The notes under the pieces were generated by a model. That model saw only the letters and a program-made list of their open reading frames with translations, was not told the DNA's origin and made no database searches. Of a stretch of 64,000 nt of DNA, positions 42,501-49,600 are shown piece by piece. The stretch lies in the IMG/VR virus record IMGVR_UViG_3300034018_003010. The stretch is one strand, 5' to 3'. Position 1 is the first letter of the stretch; every line of letters begins with the position of its first letter. Source of the stretch: a virus. Both the position numbers and the translations under genes were made by a program.

Positions 42501-42767
42501 GGTGCTTCCGGCGGCGATGCTACTGGCGGTGCTGGCGGTGGCTCAAGCTATTCTGTTGGAAGTGTCACATATGGTCCAGTAGCCAACACATTAGGAAACG
42601 GCAGCATAGTTATTACATACGGCTGCTCATACGCAGTCGGTCAAAATTTGTTGTGGGCATGGGGCGATAACTCTGGCGGAAATCTTGGAGCCGGAAGTGT
42701 ATCAAGCAAATCTTTGCCAATACCCGTTAAATACAACACAACTTGGTCAAATATAGGTGGTGCTTAA
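33582..42767 (+). CDS. giant virion-surface protein (3061 aa): YPQI module, Ig (He_PIG-like), beta-rich repeats, poly-Thr tracts, cupredoxin-like domain, 4 RCC1/BLIP-II propellers, LamG, Gly-rich domain
   Basis: GxLPxG putative Ig motif; IKTDGTLWxWGxNxxGQLG...RSSPVQ repeats in four clusters; LamG and Gly-rich cassette like that of 9397..12126. Confidence 0.85.
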   Translation: MLGEYPQISFRVRPKFDNLYNYPLPGTDRDLLWYQLSKATVWVDYVPYAMKQGDEFSLYGWQAIDVYTRYILETPYKDRILEWTYFGNPVDLPTTARIISDLPAPFWLVNTNYDYQIPISGGAAPLTWSIASGFLPYGMYLDEITGTIYGTPAIADIYAFTIKVKDSSRPPAIDSRPYLISIASGIITPTVYEFQTSNTTASISGGILAKSTAGDIVSFSPLYSTTTPSSTTINVGGVPVFTATHDASYNGTTFTFIHNGVSYTATWGSTNNFGIVTILNTGVPQSIPGGITATGIATNTLAYSPTSATTGVSSSTDITINGIPVLNLAHDAIYNGQTLTFDYFGVKYTATFGTTNNFVGPNLTYTIGATGVAESAPGGITATGIATNSITYTPTALTTGTPSSTIVNVDGVNVLTLAHDAVYNGQTFTFDYFGATYTATYGITNNLPAAPVTYVIPTTGVAGSAPGNITATGIATNSISYTPTNTTTGTPSTTTVTIGGATVLTLATDAIYNGQTFTFDYFGTTYTGTFGTTNSYPTPATTTTTPVAATATISATGVPQTIPGNITATGIIGNTLTYAPNTTVTGVTSNTTVVIGTTTVLSLAHDAIYNGQTFTFDYFGTTYTPTFGTINTYSAIPTTTTTTSTTYSPPTTTTASPATTTSTTTVSPITTTTTTTIVPTTTTTTTIVPTTTTTTTIVPTTTTTTTIVPTTTTTTTIVPTTTTTTTTIIPTTTTTSTTSTTSAPTTSTTTTSTTSTTTSTTTSTTTSTTTTTTTTTTTTPIPLCLSDTESVVVLNLFGQKVYTFGGLLGFFGVNTGVYVFTDVPSTEPLAFLNASVANASYTGTVLESVAAGPDGNVYNFYSGTVTLTVTGTFNRLSYASLYDGYMGGQDNITFTTYCVSPTTTTTTTTTTTTTTTTTTTTTTTTTPAPTTTTTSTTTTTSAPTTSTTTTTSAPTTSTTTTSTTSTTSTTTTTEPPFYMFATGFNGYGTLAQSNTTNSNALLYIPSNGTGWADISRSPVAKHAAGIAVDGSLFVWGANAYGNIGDGSKTDASSPVQTLAAGTNWSSVSTGLWLTAAINSSGNLWVWGANAYGQLGNSSTTDLSSPIQLGTDTTWANISCGYQFMSAVKTDGTLWSWGRNQYGQLATNSITDATSPVQSVSASTDWYETYASKEFIIGLKKDGTLWGWGRNSYGQLGTGNKLPVSSPVQIAAGSTWSSVSVESASVIAVRSDNTLWSWGDNSSGQFGNGNRVNVSSPIQIGVDTNWYRVGTSQSAVFAVKKDGTLWSWGGNASGELGDKTNINRSSPVQICVYNIATELDWAKIGSAQSTMYLLKETMPVPTTTTTTTTTTTTTTTTTTTTPAPTTTTTTTTTTTTTTTTTSTTTTTTTSTTTTTSTTTPAPMNGGALWTWGSAQNGSMGDGTTVHRSSPVQIDANKVWTSVIPSSSNYNLGVIKNNYTLWVWGRNSYGQLGLNSIADATTPTEVGGLWSQAMFGFNFMLGIKLDSTLWAWGDNQYGTTCTNVPTSTPIQIGTEAAWSSVSAGGSHACGIKSDGTLWSWGLNAWGQLGLGVLGSKQSPVQVGSNTTWSTIACNLNNTFAIKTDGTLWAWGWNLNGELGLGDVKGKSSPTQVGTNTTWSSVRAGISNSLLAVKSDGTLWGAGRLYTNNSVINRSSPVQFGTDTNWSKAVSLGDNTIGAIKSDATMWTWGVNDDGAVLGTNNVFDTSSPVQTAATNYTWLDIDGYLSVAAISDLEITTTTTTSTTTTSTTSTTSTTSTTSTTSTTSTTPVPAYLYTTGNFGGSAFQNDIVLRSSLTQVTLGSNTWIATGTGYIQGCMFAIDTLNNLWAAGYNTGFGNAGKLGDGTTINRSSPVQIAGSWNQVSASQNSASAIKTDGTLWVWGQNSYGTIGDGTNVNRSSPVQVYGGGTWTSVATGYTTTWAIKNDGTLWGWGDNDSGTLLNKPSTLSPVQLDTGSWKYIYAGRKFHFGIKQDGTLWGAGSNSNGQLGINNSFNTSTLTQISTGGTWVKVFGNYDSSIGLKTDGTIWAWGYNRVGVFGNNTEGQSVSSPVQSIGSGYVDMNGNYGGVAAIKSDGTLWAWGWNSEGPLADKTKVHRSSPVQVYKFGTSENSWVRLGSSINGVTAFSSIVLAPTTTTTTTTSTTTSTTTTSTTSTSTTSTTSTTPIPGELWLWGSNANGATLQNTTAGNSTSPKQEFTADITWKTPTVNSVLTLPIGACIKQDGTLWTWGRNDFYQLGTGNTINRSSPVQTAIGGTNWASIEFGSSAAFALKTDGTLWGWGSNGYSTLLQPSTLTNLSTPVQILSGTTWSQIACGLNFVLGIKPGNTLWGWGQNFYGQVGDGTEIDRSSPVQIAGSWSYVSCDSDSSLGIRTDGTLWGWGKNNPGKLGNMSEVNASSPVQVITGGTWKKAIVISEVAAGIKTDGTLWLWGQNFAGALGQNDKIHRSSPVQVITGGTWSDIGMGVSGSICGIKTDGTLWAWGWNSYGQIGDGTTVHRSSPVQTLTKDKLWMRLLNQTSTYAGAIRQYTPYALNYDVSTASVSNTTIADISGLENNGTMTSSAMFNLGCPNTLGFDSTREITTTISQNNPQVYTLSAWFKTTSASGKKIIGHENVQTGTGATSYSRHLYIGTNGQLYFATSANGAGYTITSSTIVCDGAWHHAVISAKSGAQRLFIDGVLVGSDTKSTANPVGDNNPTGWWRIGGYKITGWANASDGYFTGDIGRAVVYKNALTDLEITSLYAAELPLFNVAKFSYTGSLQTWTVPSGVYNIDATIIGAKGGDNTTGGSVGGGGAIMYTNIDVTPGQTLYLVVGGYPGTSETPAYGFGGAGQAPSSGLQRTGAAGGGLSGIFTSDSFIPSTVIAIAAGGGGANGRSSATGGGNGGNPTGSNGGEYNGSFGANAGWGANQSQPGNAGSQFDGYVTLPQQGAYLYGGAGSKFEGTGGGNQGAGGGAGYYGGGGGASGGDATGGAGGGSSYSVGSVTYGPVANTLGNGSIVITYGCSYAVGQNLLWAWGDNSGGNLGAGSVSSKSLPIPVKYNTTWSNIGGA
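35490..35920 (+). repeat. poly-Thr tract including 30-bp tandem repeat (IVPTTTTTTT, about 5 copies)
   Basis: ATAGTTCCAACAACAACTACAACTACTACR units from about 35610. Confidence 0.9.
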
Positions 42768-42768
42768 T

Positions 42769-45700
42769 ATGTCAACACAGGCTTGTTCTTACGGAATAGA
42801 TTCTTCTGGTAATTTATTTTCATGGGGACCAAATGGCTACGGAACTATAGGCAATCAATCTGTTGTTACAAAAGCTATACCAACACCCACTTTAGGTACT
42901 GACTATTCATCTATTCTAACTTCATCTTTATCTGTATTTGCTCAAAAAACAGATGGAACAATTTGGTGTTGGGGCAAAAACACAAATGGACAGCTTGGAT
43001 TATCTAATGTTATACATAGGAGTAGCCCTGTATTTTTTTCTGCTTCTGGAGTATGGTCTAAAATAGAAAATGGATATAGTAATTCTCTTGGTATAAAAAC
43101 AGATGGAAGTCTTTGGGCATGGGGCAGAAATGATGCTGGGCAATTAGGAACAAATAATACAATCCACAGAAGCAGTCCTGTTCTAGTTTCAAATACAGGA
43201 ACATGGGTAGATGTGTCGTGTGACTATTACTCTTCATATGGAGTAAAAAGCGATGGAACACTTTGGGCATGGGGTACTGGATACAACTTTGCATGGGGAA
43301 ATGGGACAAATGTTGCCACAATAGTCCCCGGCAGAAGCTCAATGGTACAAATAGGAACCGCAACAGATTGGAGTAATGTTTCCACCGTATATGGGCTTGG
43401 TGGCATAGCTTTAAAGAAAGACGGAACTTTATGGAGTTGGGGTCAGGGTAGCGCAGGAAAAAATGGAAATAATTCTATGATGACAGCCAGCTCTCCAACC
43501 CAAGTTATTGGAAGTGGATATGCTTATGTAAAATCTTCTTGGTATACAGTATTAGCTAAAAAATCAGACAATACATATTGGATATGGGGACAAACATGGG
43601 ATGGCAGTTCTTCCACTTCAGTAAATAGAAGCAGCCCAGTACAAGTTGCAGGATCTAATTTCAGAAATTTAAGTTTTTCCAAACTTAATGTAGTTGGAAA
43701 TGGATGGCCAGCTTTTTATGGAATAGCTCCAGTTCCACCAATTGTAACAACAACATCTACAACAACAACATCTACAACAAGCACTACACCCGCAGCAGAA
43801 CAAGGCTTCTTAGTTTGGGGAAATAACACCGATGGTGTTTTGGGCATTGGAGATACAGTTCATAGAAGCAGAGGTGTTCAATTAGGAACAGATTCTCAAT
43901 GGAATTCTGGAAGAGTATTAAATTATTCAACATCTGGTAGCAACCATACATTAATTACTAAATGGGATGGAAGTCTTTGGGGTTGTGGAAATAATACATA
44001 TGGTCAAATTGGAGATGGAACTCTTGTTCATAGAAGCAGTCCTGTCCAAATTACTGGCGCATGGGCAAATGCTGTTTCAGGCGCTTTTTATACTGTTGGA
44101 GTCAAAACAGATGGAAGTATTTGGGCATGGGGAAGATCTATAGATGGATCTCTTGGAACTAATTTTGGGGCTGGAGATCAATACTATCCTTATAGAATTG
44201 GATTAGACTACACATGGTCAGGAAATCCTGCTCATTTAGATGCTTCAAGACATGTTGCAGCTATCAAAACTAATGGGACCCTATGGGCTTGGGGGTATAA
44301 CGGACTAGGACAATTAGGAAATGGAACAATAGCACACAGAAGTTCTCCAACGCAAATAGGAACAGAAACAACATGGGCTCAAGTTTCTGTTGGTGGGGCA
44401 GTAACTTCGCCATATCAATCTCATACTATTGCTGTTAAATCAGATGGAACTGCTTGGGCATGGGGTGCCAATTCAAGTGGTCAGCTAGGAAACAATTCTA
44501 TTATACATAGAAGTTCCCCTGTGCAAGTTTTAGGAACTGGCTACAAGTATGTAAAAGCAGGTTTTGGATTTTCTTTAGCTGTTAAAACAAATGGAAGTCT
44601 ATGGGGATGGGGGGACTACAACTATAGTGGAACCAATTATACGCCATTAAACTATGCAAATAGAAGTTCTCCGGTTCAATTGCTTGGAACTACTTCTTGG
44701 TCAACAAATCTCAGCGGATTTGATACTAAGTATATTTCAAGTGTTGGATTAAATAGCACCGGACCTCAAAACTTATGGAACTGGGGAAGTGGCACAGATG
44801 GTGCCCTTTATCAAATTTCTAATGTTGCCAACATATTTTCTCCTTTAGATTCTACATCATATCCATCTGGACTAAACCGGACTTGGAGTTCAGCCTATCA
44901 GGGCTATCAAAGAGGCGCAGCCGGGGCACTAGTATCTCTTAGTGCTTTTGGATTAATTGCTGATTGGGATCCAAGAAATTATGTTAGCGGAACCACTTGG
45001 ACAGATGCTTCTGGAACTGGAAATAATGCTACCATTTCTAATACAGACCTTCAAAATGGATTTGTTTTCAGGAATGAATATTCAGGATATTTTGCTGAAA
45101 CATCTACAGCCGGTTATTTATCAAACTCATTTCTTTATTACTATGGCACATATGGAGAGCCAATATACATAACCGGGACAAAGGCGTATTATTATAGCGA
45201 TGATGTAAGAGATCAATCTTTTGAAATTTGGGCAAGATTAAAGCCTTCAAATACTACCGAATCTATTGCTACCGTAGGACCATTTACGCTAAGACTAAAT
45301 TATGACCAACTAGTAGTTACATTAAATGGAACAACTATTATTACTCCAGCAAGTAAATATACCGACTGGATGTTCCATCAATTCACAGTCACAAATACTG
45401 GAACAACTACTAAACTTTATGTAGATGGATCTTTAGTTAGCACTGCTACAAATTCTGGCTTATATACTAGTGGAGGATATCTATCACTAGGAACAACTTC
45501 ATGCCATTTGGCGAAATTCAGAGCATGGTATGGAGTTGTAAGAACAGATGCCGAAATATTAGCTGATTATAATTCGTGGAAAGCAATAGCAAACTATCCT
45601 GTTTTAACCACAAGAAATACTTATAGCTATACTGGATCAGATCAAACATGGACATGCCCTGCTGGAGTAACAAGTATTTATGCTACTGCTATTGGAGCTA

Positions 45701-46524
45701 CGGGAGGAAGTCTAACTACTAGCCTTGGTACTAGTAGAGCTGGAAATGGAGGTTCAATAACAGGAAAACTAACAGTTACACCGGGTGTGACATATAGAAT
45801 TGTTGTTGGCAAATCAGGAGACTGGTCTTCTGGTTCGACTGCGCCATACGGATATGCCGGAAGTTTTTCTAATGCGGTAAATACAGGCATAACAGGATCT
45901 GTCGGAGCTTTTGGCGGAGGATTAGCAGGAATATTTGCAACTAGCGTTAGTCGAGCAAACGCTTTGTTAGTAGCTGGTGGTGGTGGTGGTGGACAAAGAC
46001 TGAATATTTATAACTGTTCAAGCCCTCTTGTTACTCAAAATTTCCAGGAAACAGGATGGGGGGCTGTAGGAAGTGGACCTGGAGGGTCTGGAAGAGCAGT
46101 AAATAATTATACTTCATGCGTAAACACAAGCACAAGAAATGGCGGAACTTTAACAGCTAACGGTGTAGGAACAGCTGGTATTATAGCTGGTGGTAGTGCT
46201 AGTGCTAGTGGATTGACAGGAGGAACAGGAATTGGATATTCCTCATATACTGATGGTTTGTCAGGAACTAATGTGCTATGGATGACGGGAGGAAGTGGTG
46301 GTGCTGGATATTATGGTGGAGCAGGTTCTACTTTAGTTTGTGCTAGTTATTATGATCCAGGTGGTTGTGGAGCCCCTCCTCCTTCCCGATGGGTTAGTGG
46401 CAGCGGCATCATTCCTTCTGGAGGAGGCTCAAGCTATTCCGCTGACGCTAATAGCGGACATGCATTCAGTAACAATGGCACCGCTCCTTGGGGATTTAAT
46501 GGATATGTTGTAATTTGTTACTAA
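42769..46524 (+). CDS. RCC1-repeat, LamG and Gly-rich protein; continuation of the upstream gene in the +1 frame
   Basis: Begins mid RCC1 repeat. ATG 42769 lies 1 nt after the upstream TAA, with AGGTGG 8 nt upstream (ORF track start is GTG 42757). Confidence 0.8.
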   Translation: MSTQACSYGIDSSGNLFSWGPNGYGTIGNQSVVTKAIPTPTLGTDYSSILTSSLSVFAQKTDGTIWCWGKNTNGQLGLSNVIHRSSPVFFSASGVWSKIENGYSNSLGIKTDGSLWAWGRNDAGQLGTNNTIHRSSPVLVSNTGTWVDVSCDYYSSYGVKSDGTLWAWGTGYNFAWGNGTNVATIVPGRSSMVQIGTATDWSNVSTVYGLGGIALKKDGTLWSWGQGSAGKNGNNSMMTASSPTQVIGSGYAYVKSSWYTVLAKKSDNTYWIWGQTWDGSSSTSVNRSSPVQVAGSNFRNLSFSKLNVVGNGWPAFYGIAPVPPIVTTTSTTTTSTTSTTPAAEQGFLVWGNNTDGVLGIGDTVHRSRGVQLGTDSQWNSGRVLNYSTSGSNHTLITKWDGSLWGCGNNTYGQIGDGTLVHRSSPVQITGAWANAVSGAFYTVGVKTDGSIWAWGRSIDGSLGTNFGAGDQYYPYRIGLDYTWSGNPAHLDASRHVAAIKTNGTLWAWGYNGLGQLGNGTIAHRSSPTQIGTETTWAQVSVGGAVTSPYQSHTIAVKSDGTAWAWGANSSGQLGNNSIIHRSSPVQVLGTGYKYVKAGFGFSLAVKTNGSLWGWGDYNYSGTNYTPLNYANRSSPVQLLGTTSWSTNLSGFDTKYISSVGLNSTGPQNLWNWGSGTDGALYQISNVANIFSPLDSTSYPSGLNRTWSSAYQGYQRGAAGALVSLSAFGLIADWDPRNYVSGTTWTDASGTGNNATISNTDLQNGFVFRNEYSGYFAETSTAGYLSNSFLYYYGTYGEPIYITGTKAYYYSDDVRDQSFEIWARLKPSNTTESIATVGPFTLRLNYDQLVVTLNGTTIITPASKYTDWMFHQFTVTNTGTTTKLYVDGSLVSTATNSGLYTSGGYLSLGTTSCHLAKFRAWYGVVRTDAEILADYNSWKAIANYPVLTTRNTYSYTGSDQTWTCPAGVTSIYATAIGATGGSLTTSLGTSRAGNGGSITGKLTVTPGVTYRIVVGKSGDWSSGSTAPYGYAGSFSNAVNTGITGSVGAFGGGLAGIFATSVSRANALLVAGGGGGGQRLNIYNCSSPLVTQNFQETGWGAVGSGPGGSGRAVNNYTSCVNTSTRNGGTLTANGVGTAGIIAGGSASASGLTGGTGIGYSSYTDGLSGTNVLWMTGGSGGAGYYGGAGSTLVCASYYDPGGCGAPPPSRWVSGSGIIPSGGGSSYSADANSGHAFSNNGTAPWGFNGYVVICY

Positions 46525-46550
46525 AAAATTAAAAATATTAATATTAATTT

Positions 46551-46580
46551 AATTCCCAGCCTAGGCTGGGAATTTTTTTT
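46551..46580 (+). terminator. rho-independent terminator
   Basis: Palindrome AATTCCCAGCCT-AGGCTGGGAATT running into a T tract. Confidence 0.85.
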
Positions 46581-46588
46581 AAATGGCG

Positions 46589-46596
46589 AATAAATA
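46589..46596 (+). promoter_or_regulatory. late promoter-like AATAAATA, 6 nt before ATG
   Basis: TAAATA at 46591-46596, then CTTATT-ATG, directly after a terminator; no SD. Confidence 0.65.
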
Positions 46597-46602
46597 CTTA
46601 TT

Positions 46603-49600
46603 ATGACAGGCGAATACCCACAAATCACATTCCGTGTAAAACCAGTTTTTACAAACCTTTATAACTATCCACTACCAGGGACTGATAGAGTTCAGACTTG
46701 GTATCAATTAGAAGATGGGGCAATTTGGGTTGATTATGTGCCTTATAGATTAAGAAGTGGAAATTCTTTTAATTTATATGGAGCACAAGCTTTAGATGTT
46801 TATACAAGATATATTTTAAAAACTATACCAGGCGATAGAATATTAGAATTTGATTATTTTGGAAAAGTAATAGATAATTCTTCAAATTTAGTAATTTTAA
46901 ATGATGTTTTGCCAACTGGAGCTGCATTTGTTCCATATAGTAAAATACTTCAAACACAAAATACAAGCCAACCTTTAGAATGGAAAATAACATCTGGAAA
47001 ACTTCCATTAGGAATGTATTTAGATTCTTCTACTGGAGAACTTTATGGAACCCCATTAGTATCTGGAATGTATCCATTTACAATAAGTCTGACAGATAGT
47101 TCTATTCCGCCAATTTATGATAGCAGGCCATATTTATTAAGAATTGCTTCAAGTTCAACAACAACAGTTCCTACACAAATACAGCAAAATGGAGTTCAAA
47201 CAGCACTTCCCGGCGGAGTTGTTGCTGTTGGATCTGCGGGAGATGTTTTAACCTATACAACAAATTATACTGTTGGAAACACGACTACAACAACAGTTAC
47301 TATTCTAGGAAATTTAGCATTAACTTTAACTCATTCTGATTCTTATAACGGACAAACATTTACATATGTTCACCAAGGAATAACATATATTGGTACATTT
47401 GGAGCCGCAAACGTATTTGGTGTTGTAACAACAACAACAACTCCTGCCCCAACAGTTTTTGTAATTACTTCTACTGGAACTCCTTTGAGTGCTCCAGGAA
47501 ATTTAACGGTTACAGGAATTGCAACAAATACTTTAACATATACAGCTATTAACACAACAACTGGATCTACATGCACAACAACAGCTTCAATTAGTGGAAT
47601 AAATGTTTTAACTATTTCTAATGATGTAATTTATAGCGGACAGCAGTTCTCATTTAACTATTTTGGAACAATTTATACTGGAACTTTTTGCATAAATAAT
47701 ACATTTTTACCAACTACAACAACTAGCACAACAACTCCAAATCCTTTATTTACAACAACCACCACAACAACTACTACAACTACTAGCACAACAACCACTA
47801 CTACTACAACCACAACTACTACTACTGCATCTCCAGCAACAACCACTAGCACAACCACTGCATCTCCAGTAACCACCACCACTACTACAACTATTGTTCC
47901 AGTAACTACAACTACAACTACTACAATAGTTCCAGTAACAACTACTACAACTACTACAACTATTGTTCCAGTAACTACAACAACAACCACCACAATAGTT
48001 CCAGTAACTACAACAACTAGCACAACTAGTGCTCCAACAACCAGTACAACTAGTGCTCCAACAACTACTACAACTATTGCCCCAACAACTACTACAACTA
48101 GTGCCCCAACAACCAGCACTACAACTAGCGCTCCAACAACCAGCACTACAACTAGCGCTCCAACAACAACCAGTAGCACAACTAGCACAACAACAACGCC
48201 AATTCCTTCATGCTTATCAAGTACTCAATCAGTAATAGTAATAAACTGGTCTGGACAAAACACATATGTATTTGGTGGCACAATTGGATTCTTTGGCGTA
48301 AATACTGGTGTTTATCAATTTACAAGCGTACCTTCTACACATCCAATAGCATTCTTAAACAACTCCATAGGAAATGTTTCTTACACAGGAACTGTTCTTG
48401 CAGGATCTGGAATAGCCCCAGATGGAAACACTTATAACTTCTACTCTGGAACTGTAACTTTAACTGTAACAGGTTCTTTTGGCAGATTAAGCTATGCTTG
48501 CTTGAATCACGGCTACATGGGTGGCCAAGACAATATAACATTCACAACATATTGTGTGTCTCCAACCACAACTACTACAACCACACCAGTTCCAACTACA
48601 ACCACTACTACAACTACGCCCTCACCTACTACCACAACAACCACCACAACAACCACAACAACCACCACAACAACACCCGCACCTACTACAACAACCACTA
48701 CAACCACAACTACTTCAACCACAACTACTTCAACCACCACCACGCCAGCACCTACCACAACAACCACTTCAACCACAACAACCACAACTACTACAACAAC
48801 ACCAGCTCCTACAACTACTAGTACAACCACTTCTACCACTACAACATCAGCACCTACTACCACAACCACAACTACAACCACTTCAACCACAACTACAACA
48901 ACCACTACAACAACACCAGCACCTACTACCACAACAACAACTACAACCACAACTACTACAACAACACCAGCACCTACTACCACAACAACTACTACAACAA
49001 CCACTACAACAACACCAGCACCTACTACCACAACTACTACTACAACTACCACGTCAACATCTACTACAACAACTACAACCGATGTACCTTCTGGATCTTT
49101 ATATTTAATGGGATTGAATGGAAGCGGTCAGATAGGAGATGGAACTGCTATAAGCAGAAGCATTCCGACTCAAGTGTTGGGTTCAGGAGCATGGAAAATA
49201 TTAGGAGATAATGGATATTCAACATCAGTATTTAATGCAGGCATTAAAAATGATAACACTTTGTGGTTATGGGGAAATGGCAATTACATAGCACAGAATT
49301 CAAATGTAGGCAATAAATCTTCTCCAGTTCAAATATATGGCGGAGGCACATGGACTGATGTCGCCCAAACATACCGTACCGGAGCGGCTGTAAAATCAGA
49401 TGGCACTTTATGGACATGGGGAGATAACTATTGGGGAGCTATAGGTCGCTATGGGCTAGCTTACAACAGCTTTATTTATTCGCCTGTACAAACAACTCTA
49501 GGCGGAAGCACATGGAGCAAAGTTGCTGGTGGATATGGTCAAGTATTTGCAATAAAAACTGATGGAACACTATGGGCTTGGGGCGCAAATGGAGGCGGAA

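Noticed and set aside
42755-42771. prfB-style programmed +1 frameshift
   Set aside because: An SD-like sequence precedes the stop, but the P-site codon GCT cannot re-pair on the +1 codon CTT. Reinitiation or an indel is more plausible.
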